This document shows, one piece after another, positions 12,939 to 23,733 of a DNA stretch of 64,000 nt (positions within the stretch are counted from its first letter, which is position 1; each line of letters begins with the position of its first letter). The stretch is taken from contig CAWGVG010000062.1 in the NCBI GenBank assembly GCA_963825865.1, positions 1-64,000 of the forward strand, given 5' to 3'. Under the pieces are notes generated by a model. That model did no database searches. It saw only the letters and a program-made list of their open reading frames with translations, and was not told where the DNA came from. Origin of the DNA: an uncultured Nitrososphaeraceae archaeon (lineage in GTDB: Archaea; Thermoproteota; Nitrososphaeria; Nitrososphaerales; Nitrososphaeraceae). The translations under genes and the position numbers were made by a program.

Positions 12939-14161
12939 TTGGTAGGAGGAGGAGGAGGGAAACGGTGGAAAGGAAGAGAAGGAGAAGAAGAGAAAGATGA
13001 AATATCCTTCTCTAGTAAATCACAAAGCTATTGTGTATGCTTTGTAAGTATAGTAGATTCTATTGGAACCACATTCACAATTAAGGACCCAGACAAAGTT
13101 AGAAGATATTATTCTATATTTATCAACACAATGGCTGCAATAGATAGAAACTTTAGTGCAAAGATAATTAAAAATACTGGCACAAGTTTGATATATTACT
13201 TTCCAAAAACATCTGACTCCTCCAATCTATCTGCTTTTAAAGATGTAATAGAATGCGGTGTTACAATGATGGTGGCAAACAAAGTTATCAACTTGAAGCT
13301 AGAAGAAGAAGGATTACCATCTCTACAGTACAAGATTAGTGCTGACTATGGTAGAGTCGCGGTGGCTAGATCACAAAGTTCTCCAGATACTGATGACTTA
13401 TTTGGTTCTACTATGAATGTTTGCGCAAAGATAAACTCTATGGCTCCTCTAAATGGCATGGTAATAGGTAGTGATCTGTATTATGTTGCAAAGAAATTCT
13501 CTGCTTATTCCTTTGAAGGTTACGGTCATCATTATTACAATTTCGAAAGAATAGGAGAATATTCAATTGCTGTAGCTTTAAACACCAATATCCAGTATAC
13601 TCGGTATTAGTAGTAAGAGGAGGAGCGGAACAAGTAGTTAACATTTTGGATTTGGAAGAACGACAAACACAACAGCAAAAGAAAACTTCTACTGCCACTA
13701 TCATGCTAGTAGATGATGATCCAGATATACTGTTAACATACAAAACATTCTTAACTGTTAGAGGCTACGATGTAGATGCATTTACCGATCCTAGAGAAGC
13801 GTTGACGCGTTTTGCACAGGCAGCGCCTAACAACTACAATTTAGTTGTAATGGATATAAGGATGCCTAATCTAAATGGCCTTCAACTATATTACAGACTC
13901 AAGGCAATAAATCCAAATATCAAGATTTTATTTGTATCAGCTCTTGATGCAGCAAAGGAAATGGTAAGTATACTTCCTGGTATAGGACTAGATGACGTTG
14001 TAATAAAGCCTGTAGAGCAGGAGCAATTCCTTTACAAAGTAAAAACCGCAAGCAGCAATAGAATACATTTAGTATCTATAGACATAACAACCGTTTATAA
14101 AGACATTAAAGATCATCATAAATATGGCAATTCTTTTTTGATGTACATACTTCAAACTTAG
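12939..14161 (+). CDS. Class III nucleotide-cyclase-like domain fused to a receiver domain (frameshift near 13575)
   Basis: KISADYG, DLFGSTMNVCAKI cyclase motifs; REC VDDD, VMDIRMP, VSA, IKP. Confidence 0.85.
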
Positions 14162-14857
14162 TGTTGATACCGTATCATTCAGAGGGTATTGTATTTACAA
14201 ATCTGTGTAACAAAGAGCAAGTAAATTATCTGCAAAATATTCTAATTATATTAGGAGGAGGCCAGAAATATTCTAACATATCATTCATACAGGAATCACA
14301 TACGTCAATACTCGACATTTCAGGCCTTTCTTAAATCAAGTTCAAATGGCTCCTGTAGATTTGCTTCGGTTAATCTTTGGATTTCTCTTTCTAAAGGAGA
14401 ATCCAGAGGGCATAGTAGATATTATTTTCTAATATTCGGGACACTTGTTTTGGACCTAGTCTTTAATTTGTATTGTTTTTTTTATTGGAGTATCTTTGTC
14501 TTCTTTTGTCATTATTATATCATGAAAACAAAGTAATGTGTATGAATTTATAACTAAAATATACATGCATAAGCACATCTCTATGACAGTCACGATTTTG
14601 GGTGTTGCAAGCAGTATGCGAAGCAACTCTTATGGAACCAGGGCCTTAATTTGTTCTTGACATTGCAAAGAGATACTATGAGACAGAAACACGTCATAAC
14701 CAATAGCGCGCCGTAAAAACCTCTTTTACAAATGGTTGATAATCCTGCGATTTTGAAAATATATACTTATCAAATATTAATTACAAAGAAATATAATTGT
14801 CATTTGTTCAGCATTTACTCCAACAGCCTTATATCTTTCAAATATAATAGGGAAAAT

Positions 14858-15001
14858 ATGTTAGAAAATATAGCATACGTAGGTCTTGGCTTTGCAACAG
14901 TATTCTTCGCATTGGAAACAGCATGGCACTTCACAGCCTGCAAGATACATGACAAATCCATAAAGCCCTGCTTCTACAAACAAGTTGGCTTATTGAAATA
15001 G
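14858..15001 (+). CDS. Small membrane protein (47 aa)
   Basis: MLENIAYVGLGFATVFFALETAWHFTACKIH; internal ATG of ORF 14732..15001. Confidence 0.6.
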   Translation: MLENIAYVGLGFATVFFALETAWHFTACKIHDKSIKPCFYKQVGLLK

Positions 15002-15031
15002 ATAGATAGAAAGAGAGAGGTCTTGGTAATA

Positions 15032-15202
15032 ATGGCGAGTATTGAAAGCAGTAGTAAATCTAGAAGAAGGACAAAACCATTAAAGATGAAAACGCCTTCA
15101 TTAGTAAACAAAACGTCTAAAATAGCACCATCTAAAGATATTGAAGTAAAAAGGATCATAGCTCGTGATGGTTTTGGTTACTTCTCAATGATTAATGATT
15201 AA
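15032..15202 (+). CDS. Small basic protein (56 aa)
   Basis: MASIESSSKSRRRTKPLKMK...IARDGFGYFSMIND*, directly after the previous small ORF. Confidence 0.4.
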   Translation: MASIESSSKSRRRTKPLKMKTPSLVNKTSKIAPSKDIEVKRIIARDGFGYFSMIND

Positions 15203-15368
15203 ATACAGAATATAGTCAGTCATGATGGCAGTTTCAGTTTCCACACTGTATTATTATTATTATTACCTTTCAACACCTTAGATAAATTTTCCTTAGTATG
15301 TGACAAATGCTTTAAATTCCCCTGCAGAGGTAAAATTTAACTAAAGGTGTACGGTAAGGGTATGGTGT

Positions 15369-17244
15369 ATGGTAAGGGTTAATCAATCTTATAACAAGGA
15401 ACAGAAAGATGAAGAGTCTCCTATTATTAATACTACCGATACCACTACAAACAGAATAAGAGATATTGAAGCAGGAGTTGACTTGGCTGATATTGAAGTT
15501 ATTCCAAGCTCAACAAGAGCACGGGAAATCTATTCGAATCTTGTAAAATCAGCTGCAGAAGAAATATTATGGATATTCCCTACTACCAATGCTTTCATTC
15601 GCCAAGAGAAGATAGGAGGTATACAATTGGCACAACAGGCAGCAAAAGAAAGAAATGTAAAAGTTAGAATATTGGTGCCTACAAACAGTTTAATTGAACA
15701 AAAAACACAGCAACTAAAACAATCTTGTCATGACGGTGTAATAGATGTCAGGTATATTGTACAGATGTCAGACACCAAAGCCACAATTCTAGTAGTTGAT
15801 AGAAAGGCTTCATTGGTGATGGAATTAAGAGATGACTCAAAAACAACCTTCTTTGAAGCAATAGGATTGTCAACTTACTCTAATAGCAGGGCAGGTGTCT
15901 TATCTTATGTTGCAATATTTGAAAATCTTTGGGTACAATCTGAATTATATCAAGAGATAAAAGAGTCACATGATCAGTTTAAAATAGCAAATGAGAAATT
16001 AAGAATGCAAGATAAAATCCAAAGTGATTTTATTAAGGTAGCTGCTCATGAGTTAAGAAATCCAATCCAACCAATCCTTGGTATGGCACAAATTGTTAAA
16101 TCCATGATAACACAAAAAAGAAGTAAATATAAATCAGACTTGTGATCATTTGGATGTCATAATACGGAATGCAAGAAAACTACAAAGACTTACAGACGAT
16201 GTTTTAGACATCAATAAAATTGAAACAAATTCACTTCATCTAAGAAAAGATACATTTAATCTAAAAGAGTTAATACAAGTCTTAGTAGACGATTATAAAA
16301 GTCCAAATAACAATGAGAAGAAATATGATAGCAATATCTACCGTAATATAGAGTTGTCCTGTTTATTTCCTTCCATTACTAAAGACCGCCAAAATGCAGA
16401 TCTCTTTCTCATAGAAGCAGATAGAGATAGAATATCACAAGTCATTTCTAATTTATTAAGTAACGCTTTGAAATTTACAAATCAAGATGATACAATATAT
16501 GTTACTATAGAAAAAAAAGATACCGGCGGCATAGGAGAGGTCACTGTAAGTATAAAGGATACAGGCACAGGAATAGATCCTGAAATATTTCCTAGATTGT
16601 TTACAAAATTTGCTACAAAATCTTATCAAGGTACTGGACTAGGACTATTTATTTCTAAAAGTATTGTAGAAGCACATGGTGGAAGAATGTGGGCTAAAAA
16701 TAATAGTGATGGTAAAAAAGGATCTACGTTTGCATTCAGTATACCATTAGCATTCCAACAACAAGGTCATCACCAAGAAAGTACAGTTATCAATACTGCC
16801 CCCGCTATGATAAATGATACTCATGAAAGAATTAAGAAAAAGAGTGATGATTATAGCTCTCATAAAACAAAAATAAAGAGGATATTTTTAGTTGATGATA
16901 ACTATGATCATACTGTTACTTTCAAGGTGGGATTGGAGCTTGCCGGATTTGAAGTTGATGCGTATAATGATTCAGCAATAGCATTATCAAAATTCAAGCC
17001 GGATTACTATGATCTAATGCTAGTTGATATTAAAATGCCCAAGATTGATGGATTTGAACTATATGAAAAGGTAAGTGAAATAGACAATAAAGTTAAAGTA
17101 TGGTTTATTACCGCATATGAAAGATATGATAAAGCGCTAAAAGAAGTTCCACCAAAATCAAGAGAAAGGATATTAAATCATTTTGTTGAAAAACCTATTG
17201 AAATAGATATTTTAGTGAAACAAATAAAATCAGAACTAGCTTGA
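15369..17244 (+). CDS. Hybrid sensor histidine kinase (TrmB/PLD-like N-terminus, HisKA, HATPase, REC); frameshift in an A-run near 16115
   Basis: AAHELRNP H-box, NLLSNALKF, DTGTG, GTGLGL, REC VDD/VDIKMP/EKP. Confidence 0.9.
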
Positions 17245-17290
17245 ATCTAAAAAAGGTAGGTAGGTATCAGCATTTTTTATTTGATAATAT

Positions 17291-17510
17291 ATGCGAACAG
17301 GATTGTCATGGTCAGGTAACGGTTATCATATCTATATTCCAATAGAATCCAGATATGTCTTAGAGGAAACAAAAGCTTTTAGCAAGTATGAAGAACCTTC
17401 CAAACGGCTTCTGCAGAGTGGTATTTGTCAAATGGTAAAGCAGATTCCAATCATTACAAGATATCATTTGGCAACTGTATGTTAAGAATTCCTGGCTCTC
17501 ATAACTCTAA
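17291..17510 (+). pseudogene. Archaeo-eukaryotic primase-like remnant
   Basis: WSGNGYHIYIP and, in another frame, SFGNCMLRIPGSHNS. Confidence 0.6.
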
Positions 17511-18489
17511 CATTTGTTTAATGGATGAAAAATATCCATTAATAATAAATCTAAATTAAAATATATTGATATTGTGTTGGAGAAATATTCATGTAAGAAA
17601 CAGGAAATGATATGAAGAATTATGACTAAAAATATTCAGAGCTGTTGTAATAAAGGGACATGAAAACTTGCCCAATTGTATTCTCAATGTTTAATGCATT
17701 TTAATGATAATCCATCTGAAAATGAGTATTAAGCATGTGCCAAAATATGCTTTATTTTATGTATTTAACTCTCTTTTTTTGTTCCATTACAACTAATACT
17801 TTCGTAAGCAATACTCCAGCGACGAAACCACCGATATGAGCCGTGAAGGCTATTGAAATTCAGCAAACGAGCCAATAAAAGCAAATACAATTTGAAATAA
17901 AAGCCAATAGTATGCTCTGGACAGACTAATTGTAATCTGTTAGAATAAAATAAATTACTACTAATAAAATTTGACCTCACATACATCACATACCTCACAT
18001 CGGCTTCTTCCGCATGGGTCTTTGAACGGTACGTATTTTCAAGCCTAGAGACACAAAGATCAAAACTCTTGACAAGTATCGATACACTAGACGATCAAGC
18101 TCGCCAATCATTTAATTCAAAGCGAGAGGATCTAGCAAGGTTAAATTCAATGATAGAAGAATTATTAATGGGAGCCAGAAATCCGGAGTGAAAAGGCTAA
18201 CCCTAATCGATCGCATTCGTCTTCTCTATGATAAAGATAATCATGCTTATTGGTCTTACTCATTAGGTCAGTTGTTTACAATTATCGTCATCTTGTGGTC
18301 GTAAAGGCTGTCAGTTATTTAACGTTCAAAGTACTGTTGCATAGGACTTACAAGAAATGGAAACTCTTCTGTTACATCTACTCTTACAAACCATTTTTGA
18401 GTTGCTCTGTTAGCACGATTCTCATATGAAAATATAACGTCAACTACTTTGCGAGCACCGCTAAGTCGTGAAGGACGAACATCTACAGC

Positions 18490-18860
18490 AGTAGGCCTTG
18501 GATGGCGTCTGCTTATAATATTACGCCAGACAAGTTCAGAGAAAAATGGAATATACTTCTATCATACAGAAAAAGATTAGGCAGAGACAGCGAATCGTTT
18601 GAAAACTCTGTTATGTCAATGTTTGGGTATATTGATAACAATAAGGACAAAGTTCACAGGATGGTAAAAGATATACTATCTCCCGCATTAGGGAGACCTG
18701 TAGAGCAGTTAGAAAATTTACTTCTCTTTGGATCTGTTGAAGAGTGCATTCAAAAGATAAATGCTCTTCGTGAAGCTGGAGTAAAATGTATTTCTGGCCT
18801 ATAAGCGACTTTGAAGAACAGATTGAGATTTTCAGAAAGGAAATAGTTTGTCACTATTAG
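18490..18860 (+). pseudogene. LLM-class flavin-dependent oxidoreductase, C-terminal fragment
   Basis: GWMASAYN...LFGSVEECIQKINALREAGV; no N-terminal half. Confidence 0.65.
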
Positions 18861-19411
18861 AGAGACAGAACACACAAGCCCGTCATACGCACATATGATA
18901 ACAAGAATTTATACAAGATAATAGAATATTATCTAGAAAACTTCCAGTTGTTGGAAAGAGAGATTGGCTATTGATTTATGAAGACACCTTGCTTGAACTC
19001 AGCACAGGATGCATATATGACGAATTGGAAATTGTATTAGTGGTTTAATTCATATCTTTTTTTATGGTTCAAGAATAATGTTATCTTTAAATAAACTATT
19101 CTTGCGAGTGATCTGTTCTATTCACTATATCATTAATCACTATGTTATTAGAACATAGTACTTGATATGACTTATTAAGACATGCTGGGGAGATTCATGG
19201 CAAAATAACAACTTAACGACGTTGTGATAAACAATATATTATAGGGTTCACTCAATAGGTTGAGACGGCTTATCTTACTAGTCTCTTTCTTCCCTACTTT
19301 GGCGATCTTGCCATTTTCAGGATCTCGTAAGATTTGTATATTATATTCAATAGATCGTGCATTTTAAGATGTGATTCTAACTTTAGCCTGACCGGGTTTT
19401 AAGATCCGATT

Positions 19412-20030
19412 TCATTGTGGTGGCTCTTGCCACTCATTTTCAGTTGGTGCAATAATATAAGGAATATATCTATCTATTAATTTAGTATTATCTTCGTCAT
19501 TGGGATATTGATCCAGGAAGTCAATTCTAAGCCTGCGCACATCTTCCAATTTGACTGAATTATTGGCTGAGTTTGTGTAAGTCTCACGCAGGTTAGATAC
19601 ATTTGTTTTTAAGCTTTTTAGCGAGCTCTGTCGGGCAGTCAGTAAGATATGCACATAGATCTAAAAATTCATGAGACTTCGCGTTTATAGTCAGCTTGTG
19701 CCTTTCGCTCGGAACACTCCGACAAACTTTCATTTCTATCCCATTTTGGATGATGATTCCTTTGCAATCTTCAGCATTTCCATTATTTCTGACCTTGATT
19801 CTGTTGACTTTGTAATGCAATTAAATCTACTGATTCTTCTCAGATCTGCAGGTAAATCGGGTTTTGTAATATCATAGATCGATAGATCTATATTTTTTTC
19901 GGCAACATCGGGATTGTCTGTAGGATTAATTTCAAGAATAGGTCGCATTTGTCTATACCGTTTTATATCCAAAAGATGATTTGCGCCAAATAACGCTGCC
20001 AATGTGACTAGTCCTGTGATTATTGCCCTT
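19412..20030 (-). pseudogene. Membrane-anchored hypothetical protein split in three frames; paralogue of 2584-3003
   Basis: Contiguous ORFs 19736..20002, 19593..19820, 19412..19654. Confidence 0.5.
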
Positions 20031-20685
20031 TCAATATTCTGAATACTTAAGGGATCTTCATCTCATTTAGAAGTGATTTTGGTAGGGCTATTCGTTTACT
20101 TGGGTAAGTTTTGAAACTCCATTAAAAGCTTTAGGAGCAGATTCAGTATCTATTGAATGTAAAGGCCTATTTGGAGTTGGAGTCATGGCAACACTATATG
20201 TCTGATGACATTCAATTGAATTGAGAAGCATCAGAATGATAAATACAGAGATTTTGTTGATAATAGAATAATACAAGATAGAAGCAAAAAGTTACCTGAT
20301 GTATTAATGCTTATTGTAGAAAATTCAAAATTTCACTTTTGCAGGCCCTTACGGATGGGACTATCCAACCACATATCACTTAACAGTGACCAATTCTTCA
20401 TCTTCTACTTCTACCACTATTCAAATTCTCCTCCTGAGTTTCTTTCGTGAAAAAGTACGCTTATCCATCTTCACACATGGTATACTTTGTGAAAGTTAGC
20501 TTTATGCATTTGTTCATATACTTCATAGAATATGTTAGTGCAACTCTTTTCTTTAGGTCACTAGGATTAGTTTCACAAGACAAAGCTTTAGCCTTTTCTA
20601 TTATCCAGATAGAATCTCTTATCTTAAAGAAGATATAACAATCTTTAAGAAATGAAAAGCGCGACTTGATCTTAAAACTAGTTGT

Positions 20686-21324
20686 TCATGCTTTATATCC
20701 TATTAGCAGAGCCATTTCAAGCCACTTCCAATAACAATCTACTTCCACAAATCCTATATCTCTCAACCAACCTAACTGTATTTCCATTGGTAACAATCTA
20801 TTAGCTCTATCTTCTTTTTCTGGAGTGTATCCTATTGCGTTGAGAAATCTAACATGCAATTCAACAGATGGTGATGCTACATGTTCTAAATTACAAAACA
20901 CTCCTGTTGGATTGACAATATCATAAATTTCTTCGTAAAGTTCATGCTTACGTTCATGTTTAAGATGGTGGATAGCAAAACTTGATACAACAGCGTCAAA
21001 GTAGCCTAAATCCGGCAGAGGTTGACTGAGATCATGATTTACAATCTTAACACTCGAATCACCAGCAAAATGATCTCTTGCGGACTTTAGCATTGTTGGA
21101 GATACATCTAACGCTACTGCTTCTTCTATATCAGGCCGATTTCCCTTTATGAGTCTAATTAATCTTCCATCCCCTGTCCCTAGATCCAAAACTCGCTTAG
21201 TATTTTCAGGCAGGTGATCTATCAACACAGATTCACCTTCTGATCGATGTGGAAGATTATCTGCTACATTTAGATATGCCAGAGCATTCTGCGGACTAGA
21301 CCATTCTTTTGCGGAACGGCTCAT
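20686..21324 (-). CDS. Class I SAM-dependent methyltransferase
   Basis: VLDLGTGDG, FDAVVSSFAIHH. Confidence 0.92.
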   Translation of the reverse strand: MSRSAKEWSSPQNALAYLNVADNLPHRSEGESVLIDHLPENTKRVLDLGTGDGRLIRLIKGNRPDIEEAVALDVSPTMLKSARDHFAGDSSVKIVNHDLSQPLPDLGYFDAVVSSFAIHHLKHERKHELYEEIYDIVNPTGVFCNLEHVASPSVELHVRFLNAIGYTPEKEDRANRLLPMEIQLGWLRDIGFVEVDCYWKWLEMALLIGYKA

Positions 21325-21626
21325 GTTTAAAATTCTCTATAGCTGTAAAAAAGCATTGCGGGTTCCAATTAGTCCGTCAATTTCTAAATGTGCTATTCGT
21401 AGTCGTAGGTACTTTCTTAATTAATATCTGTAGAGACTTGGCTATCTAATTAGCTATGGCCTTTACCGCTTAACTCAAATACCTGTCTTCTGCGCCAATC
21501 AATTTTATATTTCTGGACAATCACACTGTGCTCAATCATGTAGAGTGCCTTTTCCTTTATTGGAATATTTGTACGCTGTGTGTTGTGCCTTTGGTGTTTC
21601 TTTGATTTGAGCATCTTTATCTTGTC

Positions 21627-21884
21627 CTACATCTTTATTCCTTTTCTTGCTTCCCTTACCGTTATCATTTCCAAAATTAGCGCGTGTTTCTTCTGCTTTG
21701 TACTGTTGTTGATACCACCGTTAGACATTAACAACCTGAAAATATAAGCATCAACAGTCTCACCTTTCGGTTTCATATGTCTTATCAAGTTTTTGGTTCT
21801 ATGGTTAACCCTTAGGTGAGTTATAGCAGGGTTTTCCAGCATACGCCATCTTGGACGTCCTCCTTGGTCTCCTAGGTGCTGCAT
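21627..21884 (-). CDS. Small putative DNA-binding (RHH/antitoxin-like) protein
   Basis: THLRVNHRTKNLI..KPKGETVDAYIFRLL pattern. Confidence 0.4.
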   Translation of the reverse strand: MQHLGDQGGRPRWRMLENPAITHLRVNHRTKNLIRHMKPKGETVDAYIFRLLMSNGGINNSTKQKKHALILEMITVREARKGIKM

Positions 21885-22099
21885 TAATGTGTTAACGGTT
21901 AACCAGCCTAGAAGTATGCCGCTGCCTGCTAATAGACTGCTAATATAAATAATAATTGGTTTAGTCTATCGTGTAGTATTGGTACTATTAGTGCTATTTA
22001 ATAGCCTATCACGTCAGCCAGTTTTCAATGGTGCGGCTAACGAGATCGGCTGCATCGTGCTGGACAAAATGACCGGCCTGAGGAATTGTGAGTAAGGTC

Positions 22100-22489
22100 C
22101 AGCTATTTTCCAGCCACTCCCAGGTTCAGGGCATCATCAACTACTGTTGCGTTGGTAAGTAAATCTAGCTTCATAGAATAACAATCCTTGGCTAATGACA
22201 AAGCTTGTATCTTCTCTCTCTTGTCTTCTGCCTGCTGCGAAGTATTCCATGCTTCCCTTAGAATTGCAGTCAACCCGACAAGACATTTCTCGTACTCTTC
22301 TGGCAGCCTTTCGTCAACGTATCTCCTGATGTTGGACTTTGCCTGCTCGCCTTAGGTAAGATAAATCCCTATTTACTGTACCAATACTTACTTGCAATAT
22401 AGATGCCATCTCTGGCTATGGCCATGGCTGTCAAGTTCGGCTACTTTGCTTCTTCGCCATTGAATCTGCATTTCAAGTTTTGTGCTCAA
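22100..22489 (-). CDS. HTH hypothetical protein typical of Nitrososphaeraceae mobile regions (indels)
   Basis: Reassembled: [74 protein letters not shown]. Confidence 0.6.
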
Positions 22490-23053
22490 GTTTTCAATAT
22501 TCTCCTTCGCAAATCATATGGCCTTTCAATTTTCCTGCTTAGGATATACAGCAACTCTATCTTTTTGTCCTTCAACTATACTTTGTGAAGGAAAGTTTTA
22601 TTCATTTCGTGACTGGGATTACGACCAGCACTTATTATCAATGGAGAATTTGATGTACTCCACGATAAAGTGAAGAGCGAGCAGTGGTAATATGTTGACC
22701 TGCATCATACTCAGGTATGTCTTAGCGCAATAGATACAATACTCAAACATGCCTTCCAATATAAACACTATAATTGAAAGTGCCACGATATTATTTCAGC
22801 TAGTTTGGATGATTTGAGTGTAAAACCTCCAGGTGAGAAGAAAGCGAGATATATCACGTACAGCCAAACCTTTATGAAAAACGTATCAATAGATAAGAGA
22901 GACTCAATTTTATCAAGAGTTTACAAAACTTTACCGGACAATCAGGAACTAGTTTTTGAGATTCAGTTTATCTATCCACACTAGTTAAGTTTGGTTTATA
23001 ATAACACAGAAGGATTTTCAAACAAAAGAAAAAATTACCAGGAGTACGTTTGC

Positions 23054-23383
23054 TTATTTGTATACAAACGTACTGTTTTGGAGTAATGCCTGTACTGTAG
23101 GATCAATTCTCCCAGACTGAGCCATGGTATAGCAATGGGTTGACATGAACTGCTTCGCTCCGCCAAGCCTATTTTCCCATTTAGGTAACATGTTATTTAC
23201 ACAGATTTCGCTTACTGCATCAGCTCTTTTCGCCAAAGAGAAAATCAGAGGTTGTTGTCCTCCTCCTACCTGCTTTGCAATCCCACCAAATGAGACTTGT
23301 TGGTTTGCTTGAGCAGTCTGCCTTTTCCAAGTCGGACACAAATTCTCGCTGTACCTATTACATTGAAGATCCAAATATGCCAA
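23054..23383 (-). CDS. Hypothetical, possibly secreted protein
   Basis: 109 aa ORF; hydrophobic signal-like sequence just upstream in another frame. Confidence 0.4.
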   Translation of the reverse strand: MAYLDLQCNRYSENLCPTWKRQTAQANQQVSFGGIAKQVGGGQQPLIFSLAKRADAVSEICVNNMLPKWENRLGGAKQFMSTHCYTMAQSGRIDPTVQALLQNSTFVYK

Positions 23384-23733
23384 GAGATGTTAAAAAAGAA
23401 ATAATAAAGATTTTCCTACATTTGTCATAATAACGGCGTATGGATATTTTGTAAAGTGGATCTTACATTTCGTTATTATTGATATTAACTGTGGGTCAGA
23501 TGCCAAGAATTCTACTACCAATCACATATATCTAGATCCAACAAGTTTTTACGTGGAACTTCCCAGACAGTCTTTATTGATTCTACTTCTTGTTTATCGA
23601 CATAACCCCAGTTCATCCTCAAATCCATGCACAAAACCATACATGTAGTCTTTTAAGTGATGAATAAATCATTGTTCCAATAAAGGATGAAAAAATAATT
23701 CATTAGACTAAATTTTGTTGCCATTGACTGTTA

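Noticed and set aside
21925-22010. Degenerate ctgctaata and gtantatt repeats upstream of the small RHH-like ORF
   Set aside because: Low complexity in AT-rich DNA; cannot be separated from chance by eye
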